64,000 bases of DNA. It comes from an uncultured Pseudomonadales bacterium. Its GTDB lineage: Bacteria > Patescibacteriota > Microgenomatia > UBA1400 > PJMF01. Shown here in pieces: positions 9,474-19,746 of this stretch; the stretch's first letter is position 1, and each line of letters begins with the position of its first letter. The notes under the pieces are model-generated. The model was given only the letters and a program-made list of their open reading frames with translations, had not been told where the DNA came from and did not search any database. The stretch lies in assembly GCA_964447075.1 (NCBI GenBank), contig CAYUQY010000004.1, positions 3,760 through 67,759 of the forward strand, in the 5' to 3' direction. A program made the position numbers and the translations under genes.

Positions 9474-10703
9474 TCAAGCTACCCAATATCCCTGTAGAAA
9501 GAGTATTGTATTAAATATAAGCCACAGAGTCGAGATAGATATGTAGAGAGCTCCGGATCTCGGGTGTTTGGCAAAGTACTTGCCTAAGCCTAGAAAAAAG
9601 GGTATCGAGATTAAGAAGTAGCGGGGTAAGCTAGAAAACGTACCTGTGAGAGTCGGGACAAAAAATGCCGATAGGGCAAAAAGAGTGTAGCTCCAACGAG
9701 TTGTTCTTGCCATGACGATCATCATGATCAAACCTACCCCACCCACTAAGAATTCAAGTAAAGAAGTAATAAATCTCAAGTCAAACGGAATAGTCGCTAA
9801 AATCTTAAGTGAACGCCAGAGTACTTGAGGGTAAATCACTAGTGAGTTTTGTCGCCCAGAGTTAAAAGCTGACTGAACATGAGCAAAATATAGCGGATCT
9901 CTAAACTCCAGCCACAAAAAGAGCATGTAGCCTATCAAGCCTAAACTTCCTAGAGAAAGAACTAGAATATTTTTGATGACGTTTGGCTTGAGAATTAAAC
10001 TCACTAAGTACTTAAGACCAATCCTTGGCTTAGAAACTAACTGTGAAGCATGCTCCTGCATCATCAGCTCCAGAATCATAGCTGGCAGAAGTAAAATTCC
10101 TACAATACGCGTCGCTGAGGCAAAGACTATAGTTAAGCTGACTAGATACCAATGACCCCTTTTAGCCAGCCAAAAACATGCTACCACCAAACATAAAAAG
10201 AGTGACTCTGTATAGAAAGCACCAAAGAATAATGCTGTTGGAAAAAGAAACAGAGTGAGTAGAGACCACTTGGCCACTTCTGCCCCACTCTCCTGTTTGA
10301 CAAAAAAGTACCACAAAATAAATAAAAGTAAGCCGAAAAAGTTAGTTAAAAACAAGCCAGTGCTTAGTAAGTTGAATCCTCCTAGGGCTAAATTGGGTAG
10401 ATAAAGCAACACAAAAGGAAAAACTGGAAAAAAAGCCTGCACCAGACCAGTGCCAATGTAACCTTTTTGGGCAATAGTCAGGTAGTGCACCCCATCAAAC
10501 CCAGCCCAAGAGTAGAGAGTTCGAGGCAAGCCGAACTTACTCAGTAAATCACCAGAGTAAGGAAAACTAGGACTGTAGGGTAAAAAGTGATCGGAGATCA
10601 AGCCTAGGGCTAGTAAGCTAGCTCTCCAGATAACAAAAAGAGAAACTAGGATTAAAAGCAAACGTGAGTTACTTGAAAAAAATTGCTTAAGTGTTTTAAA
10701 CAT
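9474..10703 (-). CDS. PIG-V/GT76-like GT-C mannosyltransferase
   Basis: WAGFDGVHYLTIAQKGY, AFFPVFP, YTESLFL, TRIVG, SLPRY. Confidence 0.75.
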   Translation of the reverse strand: MFKTLKQFFSSNSRLLLILVSLFVIWRASLLALGLISDHFLPYSPSFPYSGDLLSKFGLPRTLYSWAGFDGVHYLTIAQKGYIGTGLVQAFFPVFPFVLLYLPNLALGGFNLLSTGLFLTNFFGLLLFILWYFFVKQESGAEVAKWSLLTLFLFPTALFFGAFYTESLFLCLVVACFWLAKRGHWYLVSLTIVFASATRIVGILLLPAMILELMMQEHASQLVSKPRIGLKYLVSLILKPNVIKNILVLSLGSLGLIGYMLFLWLEFRDPLYFAHVQSAFNSGRQNSLVIYPQVLWRSLKILATIPFDLRFITSLLEFLVGGVGLIMMIVMARTTRWSYTLFALSAFFVPTLTGTFSSLPRYFLISIPFFLGLGKYFAKHPRSGALYISISTLWLIFNTILFLQGYWVA

Positions 10704-12417
10704 ATTCCGCGGCCATCGGCTTTCCTGAAGTTGGTCTTTTTCTGATGATCCAGATCACTACTCCAACTCCAGCTACCAAAGAAATAAAGTTCCCTACAAC
10801 TCTAGACCAAGTCCACTGAGTAAATCTAGACTCCACATAGTAGTGACCTTCGTCCAATCTATAACTAATTCTTCCCTGTGAGGCTTCATCTACCTCATAC
10901 TCAATTAATTTTGACTTTCTTCGTAATTTACCTTCAATCAACGAAACATAGCTCTGCCAACCAGGAAACCACATAGTAGGCTCAACTATAACTGAACTAC
11001 TGTCTAAATCCAGAGTATAAATGTGCTTTGTGCCACTCCAAGATCTAACTAAAACCTTACCCCGTCCTGAAAGAATCTCTGCTGTAGGTTGCCAGTCACC
11101 CACTGCTTCATAAGCAAAATTTTTGGCTTTATTTTCATTTTGGACAGTAGTGGTCTGAGTAAAAGCCTCGTAGTCCACTGAAGTTCTATGGAAGTAATCT
11201 ACAGCTTTTAAGTTTAAAACTTGGGCAAACTGAACTCCTAAAAATATGAGAAAAAGTAGCTTCAGCCAAGCTCTAGAGCTCTGAAAAACCCAAGCTACAA
11301 CTGGTAAAACAAAGATAGACCAGAAAAATGCTAGTCTCCAGGGAAACTGGACATACTTGAGCAAATCGTAGCCAAAACTCCAAATGACTCTAGATGCTTC
11401 AGTCTGCAGGAGCACCATTGTCCAGCACAAGCCTATGCTTGCCAACATCAGCTTGGAGTGCTTTGCTACCCGAGCATCTGGCACAATGCAGTAGGAAACT
11501 GTGGCCAGAACTAAAGCGAGCCAACCAAGAGCTCCCAGCTGGAACGAGAGCGAGTCAATGTCACCTGCTACTGAGTATCCAAAGTTAAGTGGCGAAAACA
11601 ACAACTGATCTATAGTCACAAAGTGCTCGTAAAGAGCCCGATTGACTCCGGAAGAATCAAGGGCCGTCCAGCTCATCTCGGCTACGGCAGGCAGCCAGAA
11701 CCAGAGAGTTAGAAGTACTGCCATCAGAAGTACTGTTCCCAACTTCAACCAGCTTTTTATATTTTTTCCAAAAACAAACCAGGCATAGCTCAATAAAATA
11801 ACCGTCCCAAAAACTGCCGAGCCATTATGTGAGAGCAAAAATGCTACAACTAGGAGGAGGAACCCTATGAAGATCCTTAAAGATGTCGCCTGATTCTCGT
11901 TTGATATCTTAACAATCATCCAACTCAGACAAGGAAATAAACAGAAGGCCAGGATCTCTCCAACACCACCCCTAAAGTAAAGTAAATTTGCCAGGAAAGG
12001 CTGAGAAGCAAAAACTGCTGAAGCCACCAGACTTGCAGATAGTGATAATCTTTGCTCACGACACCACAAGAATGTGCCAACTACTCCAAGCAGCACAAAC
12101 GACATAACGATTAGCTTGTAGGTTAGCTCATACTCTACTTTAAAGAGAGAAAAAGGCAGCGAAATAATATTTGCTAAAGGATAGTTGAAGTTAAAAACTG
12201 GAAGGCCGTAGTGATTGAGTAAGTTGCCGGCCCATCTAGGAGGCAGCTGACCTTCTCTAAGAGCTATCTTGTAAGCTGCGAAACGGGCTAAGTGATTCTC
12301 TCCATCATGGGTGTAGGGAAACCCTGAGTGGAAGTAGAGCCTAGTCACCAAAAGAGTGATCGCCAGAAAAAAACAACCTAAAAATAATCTTTTTTTTGTT
12401 TGAGTAACTCTGAACAT
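10696..12417 (-). CDS. PTPS-related/YfhO-like membrane GT-C protein
   Basis: THDGENHLAR, GQLPPRW, YGLPVFNF, YFRG..GE, LSHN, FWLPA..E, QFPWR, WFPGW. Confidence 0.75.
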   Translation of the reverse strand: MFRVTQTKKRLFLGCFFLAITLLVTRLYFHSGFPYTHDGENHLARFAAYKIALREGQLPPRWAGNLLNHYGLPVFNFNYPLANIISLPFSLFKVEYELTYKLIVMSFVLLGVVGTFLWCREQRLSLSASLVASAVFASQPFLANLLYFRGGVGEILAFCLFPCLSWMIVKISNENQATSLRIFIGFLLLVVAFLLSHNGSAVFGTVILLSYAWFVFGKNIKSWLKLGTVLLMAVLLTLWFWLPAVAEMSWTALDSSGVNRALYEHFVTIDQLLFSPLNFGYSVAGDIDSLSFQLGALGWLALVLATVSYCIVPDARVAKHSKLMLASIGLCWTMVLLQTEASRVIWSFGYDLLKYVQFPWRLAFFWSIFVLPVVAWVFQSSRAWLKLLFLIFLGVQFAQVLNLKAVDYFHRTSVDYEAFTQTTTVQNENKAKNFAYEAVGDWQPTAEILSGRGKVLVRSWSGTKHIYTLDLDSSSVIVEPTMWFPGWQSYVSLIEGKLRRKSKLIEYEVDEASQGRISYRLDEGHYYVESRFTQWTWSRVVGNFISLVAGVGVVIWIIRKRPTSGKPMAAEYV

Positions 12418-12476
12418 TTTGGGCTTAACTCTTAGTTTGCAGTCACTAGAAAACTATGCTTTTACAGTTGATCAAG

Positions 12477-13523
12477 TTACTTAATTTTTTCTTTATTATT
12501 CTTTTCAAGCACTCTACGATATACCTCTAGAGTTTGTGAAGCAACTTTGCCCCATGTAAAGCTCTTTTCCCACTTTACGGCTGCTGCTACTCTATGCTTT
12601 CGTTTGAGACTAGACCAACCCAAGACCACCTTCATGGCGTTGGCAATATCTAAAGCTTCTGGAGTCTTGGCATACTCCACATAGTGACTACCGACTTCAA
12701 TAAGTGAGGAGTTGTGGGTCGAAACTACCGGAGTCTGACACCTCATGGCTTCAAGCACTGGCAAGCCAAAGCCTTCATACAAAGATGGCTGCACATAACA
12801 GACTGCTCCTGAGTATAACTTTGATAGAGCAAGGTCAGGCTTTTTGCCAAACTCAGTAAAAAAATGGACACGTTGTTCAACATCAGATAATGCAGATTGA
12901 TTCTCTATCATTCTCCACTCTTTGATCGGCTGTTTAATAAAGTTTCGGCCAGCACAAACCAAGTGAAGATCAGGTGGAAGAAACTTTAAAGCCTTAATTA
13001 ACTGGGGAATATTTTTGTTGTAGTTAATGTCTCCCACATAGAGAAAATACTTCTGAGGAACACCAAGCTCTTGGCGCTCTGAGTCACTAAGATCTTGCCT
13101 TGAAAGCATAGAGTTGGCTGCAAGCTCAATAACCTGAAGTTTTTTTTCAGAAACACCAAGATACTTAATGATGTCACGTTTTGAACTCTGAGAGTCGGTG
13201 ATGACCGCAGCTGCTCTTTTCAAACTAAACTTCTGTTGCAGTAATCGATAACTACCCTTGAAGCCCCTCAGATACTGCTTAGGAAAAAGCAGTGGAATCA
13301 CATCATGAACAGTCACCACAATTGGCCTGAGGTGTCTCAAAGGCAAAGTATGATAAAAAAGATCAAAGTAAGGATAGTGAACTACTTGCGCCTCTAGAGG
13401 ACTGTCAAGTAGCTCAACCCCCTCAATCTCACTAAGCGACTCAGCCAAAAATCTTGTGTAAGCGCCAACTCCTCTATGAGCACTGCCATCAAGAGTGGGT
13501 TTTTTATCCAAAAATATTTTCAT
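12477..13523 (-). CDS. GT4 glycosyltransferase
   Basis: RGVGAY, VTVHDVIP, YVGD..NKN, SLYEGFGLPVLEAM; start trimmed to ATG 13523. Confidence 0.92.
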   Translation of the reverse strand: MKIFLDKKPTLDGSAHRGVGAYTRFLAESLSEIEGVELLDSPLEAQVVHYPYFDLFYHTLPLRHLRPIVVTVHDVIPLLFPKQYLRGFKGSYRLLQQKFSLKRAAAVITDSQSSKRDIIKYLGVSEKKLQVIELAANSMLSRQDLSDSERQELGVPQKYFLYVGDINYNKNIPQLIKALKFLPPDLHLVCAGRNFIKQPIKEWRMIENQSALSDVEQRVHFFTEFGKKPDLALSKLYSGAVCYVQPSLYEGFGLPVLEAMRCQTPVVSTHNSSLIEVGSHYVEYAKTPEALDIANAMKVVLGWSSLKRKHRVAAAVKWEKSFTWGKVASQTLEVYRRVLEKNNKEKIK

Positions 13524-13594
13524 ATGACCTTCCCAGCAACTAGCAGTCAAGTGTTTAGACTGAGCTCTACCACCTAGTCACTTAGATTCTAAGC

Positions 13595-14467
13595 TTATTT
13601 ATAGTTTTTTTTATCAATCTCTAGTCCTTGCTTCTTTCTCTCGTAGAGCTCCCAAAGCTTAAGAAAAGCAACCCAGTGATGAGCTCCACTCATGACTGCA
13701 AAAACAAAACCTGACATGCCATCTACATAGCCTCTGTGACGCAAAAAAATAAGAAAAAAAGTTTGAGATGGTAACCAGCAAAGATACTTAATCAGACTCA
13801 GAAGCGAGATCTGTACGCCACTGTCTAAGAGCTGGACAGCTTTGAATGTTGTGTAGTGATTGAACTTACGCAAGTAATCCGCAAAGGTAGGATTACTGTA
13901 GTGGATAAGATGACCCTGCGCAAAAGCCACCTCTCCCTCAACCTCTAGCTGCTCGTGGACATCTTTGGCTGGCAGAGTGGCATAACCTCTAATATAAAGT
14001 CTAGTAACGCAGTCAGGATACTGACCTCCCTTGGTTAGAAACTTGCCTAGAAACCAGTTCTTGCGCTTGAGACTCCAAGCTTTTGACTGGAAGTCTTGAA
14101 AGGCTGGTGCTGAGCTGACTAGATCTGAGTCATGCTTCAAACGACCAATAAAATCCAAGAGCTCAGCATCTACTTCCTCATCGGCGTCCAGCTGAAAGAC
14201 TAAATCACTTTTTGCCGCCTCTAGGCCCATTTTTTTATTGATGTGAAAGTTGAGCTTATTGGTGGTCTTAATTATCTTGGCGTGATACTTTTCTGCTATC
14301 GCAACTGTCCCGTCACTAGACTCACCATCGACCACAATAATCTCGTCGGCTAGCTTGGCAATAGATCCAAGAGACTTATCTAGCATCTCTGCCTCATTGT
14401 GCGCAGCCACTACTACAGATAAAGTAAGATCACCGCTATGATCAATATTTTTACTTGCATCAATCAT
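13595..14467 (-). CDS. GT2 glycosyltransferase (KdtX/WaaE-like)
   Basis: AHNEA, VDGESSDGT, LDADE, YPD..RL, VHE, GYVDG. Confidence 0.9.
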   Translation of the reverse strand: MIDASKNIDHSGDLTLSVVVAAHNEAEMLDKSLGSIAKLADEIIVVDGESSDGTVAIAEKYHAKIIKTTNKLNFHINKKMGLEAAKSDLVFQLDADEEVDAELLDFIGRLKHDSDLVSSAPAFQDFQSKAWSLKRKNWFLGKFLTKGGQYPDCVTRLYIRGYATLPAKDVHEQLEVEGEVAFAQGHLIHYSNPTFADYLRKFNHYTTFKAVQLLDSGVQISLLSLIKYLCWLPSQTFFLIFLRHRGYVDGMSGFVFAVMSGAHHWVAFLKLWELYERKKQGLEIDKKNYK

Positions 14468-14472
14468 AAAAT

Positions 14473-16077
14473 CTAAAGACCTTTCAACTGTAACTTCATA
14501 TTATCATCTCTCCAAATAAGTATCTTCTCACCTGTGTAGAGACCTTGATTGAAGTCGTTCGCCTGGGCATGGTCGATGAAGTGATAGCGACCAACTCTCT
14601 CACCGTACCTCAAGCCTATCCTATCAGGTTGCTGCTTGATGACAGAAGCAAAGTACTCTGACGGTGGAAGTTTAATATACCAGGCTGTCAGGATGTAGAG
14701 GTAACCACTACCGTCCTCTACAGCCACCATTTCGTCTGATCTACCCTGTTCTTGTAGTAGGCTCTCCACTTTCCCTACCATGGTCTTGTACTCAGGCATG
14801 AGATCTCTTGTCTGCCCAGGAAACAGGACAAAAAAACGATAAAAGTAAGTTCCAGCTTCAAACACAAATAACACCACAACTAAGACTCCAATTAATTTTT
14901 GCACAAACTGACTCTTACGAGAAGCTGCCCAAAGCTCTCTTGCGCCCCAAAGACAGATAAAAACAATCATCCAGAAAAAAAATAAACTACGGGTAGCATG
15001 AGGAGCGTCAACAGTGACAACTGCTGGCGCTAAACCTACCACAAGGAAAAACAAGATAAGCAAACATTCTCTGCTCCTTTTTTTTAAAGTAAAAAATACT
15101 CCTAAAATCAAGAACAGATACTCAACCCAATAGATATGCGCTGTCCCATGAGCTGTGTGCCAGGGGTGATTCCCACCCTTGATGACCAAAAAATCTGGTA
15201 ATAGACTTGAAACTGTTCTGGCACCAATCTCCCTAGCAAAGAAAACCACCCGATTGCCTAGAAGAGCTCTAGTGAAAGCTGACTCAAAAGAAGCCCTATA
15301 GTCAACTGACGCCTTCCATGTCAGTTGGTCAGAAAAAAGGGTGATACCTTTTTTTTGACCAGTAGAAGCAGTGAAAAGATACATGCCCGAAAGAAAGACT
15401 ATGGATAAGATGCAGACCGGCAAGATCCATTTTTTCACAGTTGTAGCACCTCGCCAAAAAATAAGTGCTACTACCACAAAAGGCAAAAGTAAAAGTGGGG
15501 TGTTGTAGGTACAGATTGCCAACAAGAAAAGTAAGGCTCCTACAGCATCAACTACTTTTCTTCGCTTAAACTCTCCAAACAGTAAAGTCAGGCTAGCTGC
15601 CAAAAGTGATAGCCCCATGTTAGCCTCAAAAGCAATTCTGGAATAGAAGAAAAAGATGGGTGTAAAGGCTATAATTACGGCAGAGCTCAGTGACCAGCTT
15701 GTTGAAAACTTCAAGACTTTGTGAGCAAAATAATATGTTGTAGTAATTAAGATTAAGCCTGAGAAGGCAGATGGTAAACGTACTGCAAAATCATGAAAAC
15801 CAAAGATCATAAAAGAAAGTGTCGTGGCTAGCATGTAGCCAATCAGCTTGAAGTCACCAAACGACTGAGGAGTAAGCGGCCAACTTCTAGCCCACTCATC
15901 TTTACCAGTCTGAAGTAGAAGAAACGAGTTGTATGCCAGAGCAGCCTCATCTCGATTGAGAATGGCTGGCAAGGAGTCTAAAAAGCTAAAGCGCAAAATA
16001 ACGACTAAAACAAATAGGGATACTACCAAAATTGATAAGAGCTTATGGTTTCTAAAGTTGTTTCTAGTTATGATCAT
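14473..16077 (-). CDS. ArnT/PMT_2-like GT-C glycosyltransferase (TGxDE paralog)
   Basis: RDEAALAY..TGKDEW..SFGDFK, VRLPS, SRIAFE, PHATR. Confidence 0.85.
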   Translation of the reverse strand: MIITRNNFRNHKLLSILVVSLFVLVVILRFSFLDSLPAILNRDEAALAYNSFLLLQTGKDEWARSWPLTPQSFGDFKLIGYMLATTLSFMIFGFHDFAVRLPSAFSGLILITTTYYFAHKVLKFSTSWSLSSAVIIAFTPIFFFYSRIAFEANMGLSLLAASLTLLFGEFKRRKVVDAVGALLFLLAICTYNTPLLLLPFVVVALIFWRGATTVKKWILPVCILSIVFLSGMYLFTASTGQKKGITLFSDQLTWKASVDYRASFESAFTRALLGNRVVFFAREIGARTVSSLLPDFLVIKGGNHPWHTAHGTAHIYWVEYLFLILGVFFTLKKRSRECLLILFFLVVGLAPAVVTVDAPHATRSLFFFWMIVFICLWGARELWAASRKSQFVQKLIGVLVVVLFVFEAGTYFYRFFVLFPGQTRDLMPEYKTMVGKVESLLQEQGRSDEMVAVEDGSGYLYILTAWYIKLPPSEYFASVIKQQPDRIGLRYGERVGRYHFIDHAQANDFNQGLYTGEKILIWRDDNMKLQLKGL

Positions 16078-16090
16078 GATTTAATTCTCA

Positions 16091-17881
16091 CTACTCTTCT
16101 CTACATTTTACCTTGTCACCATCCTTATAAGCGTTGCAGCTCAGTTTATCTATGACAAAGGTTTTGGAGCCATCAAGACTAGACAACCACTCCAAGTTCT
16201 CGACTTTTCCTCCAACTCTCAGTGAGAGCTCATTTGTAAAAAAAGGATCACCAACTAAGACTACTTCTTGATATCCCTCTGATCTCCAGCCTGAAAAGCG
16301 ATCGAAAGAAGCTGTACCTAATTTGATAAAACTTTGCTCCTGAGCATAAATCTGTTGAATTTGAGCAGAACTGTAGTCACCATAGGCTAGCAACCAGAGG
16401 AAAAATCGTCCCTCAAATGGCAAGATATAAATGGGAGCCTGAGATGTAGAGGAAAGCTGATTGACAGCTGCTGCTAGATCAAGATACTCTCTCTGCCAGA
16501 AGCTGGCCGATGAGGCTGGATAAACAGTGAAGTACTGGTAGCCAAAAGAAGTGAGCTGGAACACTCCAGCTAAAACTATAGCTGAACCCAGAACTGAAGC
16601 TAGAAGCTTGCCACTCTGGGCTGAGCTACCAACAACTTTTAGAAAAAATTCATAACTCTTCATCGCCCCATATGACATAAAAAGAACAATTGGTATCAAG
16701 CTATTAAGTGAACGCAAGGCATGAGGCACTTCACCAGGAACACAAGCTGGAAGCAGGGCAAACATCCACCAAGAAAGCAGAAATAAAAACCTAGCTCTAT
16801 CGTGAGCAAAAAGTGTCAGCAGTCCTATCACTAAAAAAGGGGCAAAAATTGACAGAAATAAACCTGAGTGGCCGGTTCCATGCCTGAGGTTTGAGTCTCC
16901 ATTTAAAAATAAAAAATCGAAAGAAAGTGTGGTTGAGTAGTTTTTGAGTAGTTGCCTAGTTAGCAAAACGTGGCGATGATACATAAATTTTGACAAAAGA
17001 GTGTTCTCAGAGAGTGCTCTAAGATGAGTTGACTCAGCCGCATAGTCAGTGTTCAGAATCGAGTTTGCACTCAATCTGAAGTGATTCATACTTGGGTAGA
17101 AAGGTGAGCGAAATAAGAACTGAAGGCCAAGTAAATAGACAAAAATGGGGAGTACTAGGTAAATCACTAAAGATTTGAACAGCTTGGATAAAAGTAATTT
17201 ATTCTGGTTGGAAAGAGACGACTGAGCAGCTTTCTGAGAACTTGAAAGATGGTACGGCAGCTCAATCAAGAGCCAGTAGGCCACAACTACTCCCAACCAG
17301 ACGAATAGAACTGAAAAATAAGTATAGGTAGCCAATAATCCAAAAATTGAGGCAAAGAACAAGTAAAATTTATTTTTTCGTGACAGAACTAGACAAAGAA
17401 CTGATAAACCAAGCAAGAATTGAGCCAAATGACCCTCAAATCCTGCCCGCGAGAACATAATTGACCAAGGAGAAAATCCTAGAACTGCCATAGCTGAGAG
17501 CTGCAGAACTCTTCTAGATGACAAGGAGTACTGATTGAACAACAAGCGGGCAAGCAGACCAACCAGAGCAATACTGCCCACTCCAGCCATCAAGCTAGGT
17601 AAGCGTACTACCCAGTCATGTGCGCCCAGAATTTTTATAAAAAAAGCAGAGCTCCAGATGTAGATAGGAAGCTTGTAGTCACCATAAGAGTAAAATATAG
17701 GCTGCCACCAGTTTCTACCATAGATATCCAACCCTGTCTGGGCTACAGCCCTTGCATCCACAAAAATGGCCACTTCATCCCAGTAGAGTGAGACTGGTAC
17801 AGCTCCAAAACGAAAGCCACGTACAGCAACTGAAGTTGACAAAATAAAGAGGAAAAAAAACCAAAATAGCTTTTTTCTCAT
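16091..17881 (-). CDS. ArnT/PMT_2-like GT-C glycosyltransferase (TGxDE paralog)
   Basis: WDEVAI..TGLDIYG..SYGDYKLP, SRAGFE, GDSNLRH, PHALR. Confidence 0.85.
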   Translation of the reverse strand: MRKKLFWFFFLFILSTSVAVRGFRFGAVPVSLYWDEVAIFVDARAVAQTGLDIYGRNWWQPIFYSYGDYKLPIYIWSSAFFIKILGAHDWVVRLPSLMAGVGSIALVGLLARLLFNQYSLSSRRVLQLSAMAVLGFSPWSIMFSRAGFEGHLAQFLLGLSVLCLVLSRKNKFYLFFASIFGLLATYTYFSVLFVWLGVVVAYWLLIELPYHLSSSQKAAQSSLSNQNKLLLSKLFKSLVIYLVLPIFVYLLGLQFLFRSPFYPSMNHFRLSANSILNTDYAAESTHLRALSENTLLSKFMYHRHVLLTRQLLKNYSTTLSFDFLFLNGDSNLRHGTGHSGLFLSIFAPFLVIGLLTLFAHDRARFLFLLSWWMFALLPACVPGEVPHALRSLNSLIPIVLFMSYGAMKSYEFFLKVVGSSAQSGKLLASVLGSAIVLAGVFQLTSFGYQYFTVYPASSASFWQREYLDLAAAVNQLSSTSQAPIYILPFEGRFFLWLLAYGDYSSAQIQQIYAQEQSFIKLGTASFDRFSGWRSEGYQEVVLVGDPFFTNELSLRVGGKVENLEWLSSLDGSKTFVIDKLSCNAYKDGDKVKCREE

Positions 17882-17905
17882 GGGGGATTTATCATATCAC
17901 CCTGG
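17882..17905. promoter_or_regulatory. Probable bidirectional promoter with overlapping -10 boxes
   Basis: 24-bp divergent spacer; TATCAT (+, 17890-17895) overlaps TG-A-TATGAT (-, 17891-17899). Confidence 0.45.
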
Positions 17906-19735
17906 ATGGCTATATCTTCCCCTTTTCAAAGCTTACTCTTACGGACCAACAAGGCCTGGAGTATTGGAGTTGTTGCTCTAGTTGTTACTCTAGTCATAAC
18001 TGTTATGGGCCTACTAGGTACGCTACCTCTCTTTCACGATGGCCTCTACACTGCCCATGATATTTGGCACCAGATGGCTAGAGCCCATCACTACTTTGAA
18101 GTCGCCAAAGCAGGACAGTTCCCACCATATTGGGTAAGCAGCCTTGCTCAAGGATACGGCTACCCGCTTTTTTTCTTTTCGTACCACGCTCCTTGGTTGA
18201 TCGGACTGCCCTTGTCGTATCTTTTTTCAACAGAAGTCGTGATTAAACTTTTGTTCGGAGTTAGCTTTCTACTTTCAGGTTTCTCTATGTACTTTTTAGG
18301 TTATGTTATTTTTCGCCAAAAACTCCCCGCCCTTCTTTCTAGCGTACTTTACATGTGGGCTCCGTTTCATTTCTTAACCCTGTATGTAAGTGCTGCCATC
18401 GGCACTGCTTTCGTCTTTAGCTTTTTGCCTCTGGTTTTCATCGGACTAATTCTCTCAAAACAGCCTGGTAAACAAACGACCAGCATAGCCTGTTTGAGCG
18501 TAGGTTGTGCTGGCATTATCCTCTCGCACTTGATCACTTTCGTGATGTTTTTACCATTTTTTATTCTGGGATTGATCTATGTTTTGATCGATAAAACACG
18601 AGAAGTTTCTCTAGCCAAGATCTTTATGACTCTAGTTCTGGGGGGAGTGCTTAGTCTTGGAATAAGTAGCTTTTATTTAGTTCCTGCAGGCTACTACAAC
18701 AAGCTGACTGTTATCTCGACCCAAGCTGGGTTTGAAGACGTCTACAAGGGTAGTTTTGTTAATTTTTCACAGCTCATCTACTCACCTTGGGGTTTTGGAC
18801 CAATTATTTCTTCCGCCAAAGATGGTGAAATTTCACTTCAGCTCGGCCTTGGTCAATGGCTGGTAGTTCTCATGTCTATTTTAGTTCTTGGCTTAGGCAA
18901 AGTACTTAAGAGTAAGATACCTCAGACCAACCCTCTTACCAACCTGCTTATGTTTTGCCTCTGCTCGCTTGGGCTGTCTCTTTTTCTCATGACAGATGGC
19001 TCCAGACTTCTCTGGGACCTGGTCTCAAAAAATATCACCATCGACTATCCTTTTAGACTCTTAACCATTGGAATCTTTTTTTCCAGCTTGATAGGTGGCT
19101 GGCTACTTTATGCCATGAAGTCGTTACTCACCCAAGTTAGCCTGATAGGTAGAAAATTCAGAAGTATTGGCCTAGGTGTGACATTTATCAGCATAGTTAT
19201 AGTGATCTTGTACACCAATCGAAACTATGTTCGAGTCAATCTCTACACCAATGAGCCAGAATCACTCTATGTAGCCGCAGAGACTACTACCAACACTTTT
19301 CACGAGTACTTGCCGAAGAATGCCAAAAGAGAGCTCATAAATAAAGCCCACCAACCGATTGTTGCTTCCACGACAAATGAGGCTCATGTTTTATCTCAAG
19401 ACTCTTTTCAAAACTCCCTCCAAGTCATAGTTGAGTCTCCCACTGGGACAACTCTCACTTTCCGTCAATTTGATTTCCCTGGTCTGTCTGTGTTTCTCAA
19501 TGACCGTAAGTTACTTAAGCACACAACTGACGAAAGTGGCTTAATAAGAGTTGAGGTTCCAAGTGGCAAAAATACTCTCGTTGTAGAGTTTGTCAAAACT
19601 CCTTTGATTCAACTCAGTCTTTTTGTCACAGCCGTCTCTTTGGTTGTTCTGATCTACCTTGTTGCGCGTGAGATTATCTCCAAGGCTCATAAAAGTGCTA
19701 AAATACTAATACTCGATCCTGGAACACAAAATTAA
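17906..19735 (+). CDS. PTPS-related membrane GT-C protein
   Basis: AHDIWHQMAR, GQFPPYW..GYGYPLFFF, LSH, YPFR, EYLP, FPG. Confidence 0.75.
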   Translation: MAISSPFQSLLLRTNKAWSIGVVALVVTLVITVMGLLGTLPLFHDGLYTAHDIWHQMARAHHYFEVAKAGQFPPYWVSSLAQGYGYPLFFFSYHAPWLIGLPLSYLFSTEVVIKLLFGVSFLLSGFSMYFLGYVIFRQKLPALLSSVLYMWAPFHFLTLYVSAAIGTAFVFSFLPLVFIGLILSKQPGKQTTSIACLSVGCAGIILSHLITFVMFLPFFILGLIYVLIDKTREVSLAKIFMTLVLGGVLSLGISSFYLVPAGYYNKLTVISTQAGFEDVYKGSFVNFSQLIYSPWGFGPIISSAKDGEISLQLGLGQWLVVLMSILVLGLGKVLKSKIPQTNPLTNLLMFCLCSLGLSLFLMTDGSRLLWDLVSKNITIDYPFRLLTIGIFFSSLIGGWLLYAMKSLLTQVSLIGRKFRSIGLGVTFISIVIVILYTNRNYVRVNLYTNEPESLYVAAETTTNTFHEYLPKNAKRELINKAHQPIVASTTNEAHVLSQDSFQNSLQVIVESPTGTTLTFRQFDFPGLSVFLNDRKLLKHTTDESGLIRVEVPSGKNTLVVEFVKTPLIQLSLFVTAVSLVVLIYLVAREIISKAHKSAKILILDPGTQN

Positions 19736-19746
19736 GGCTACCTCTT

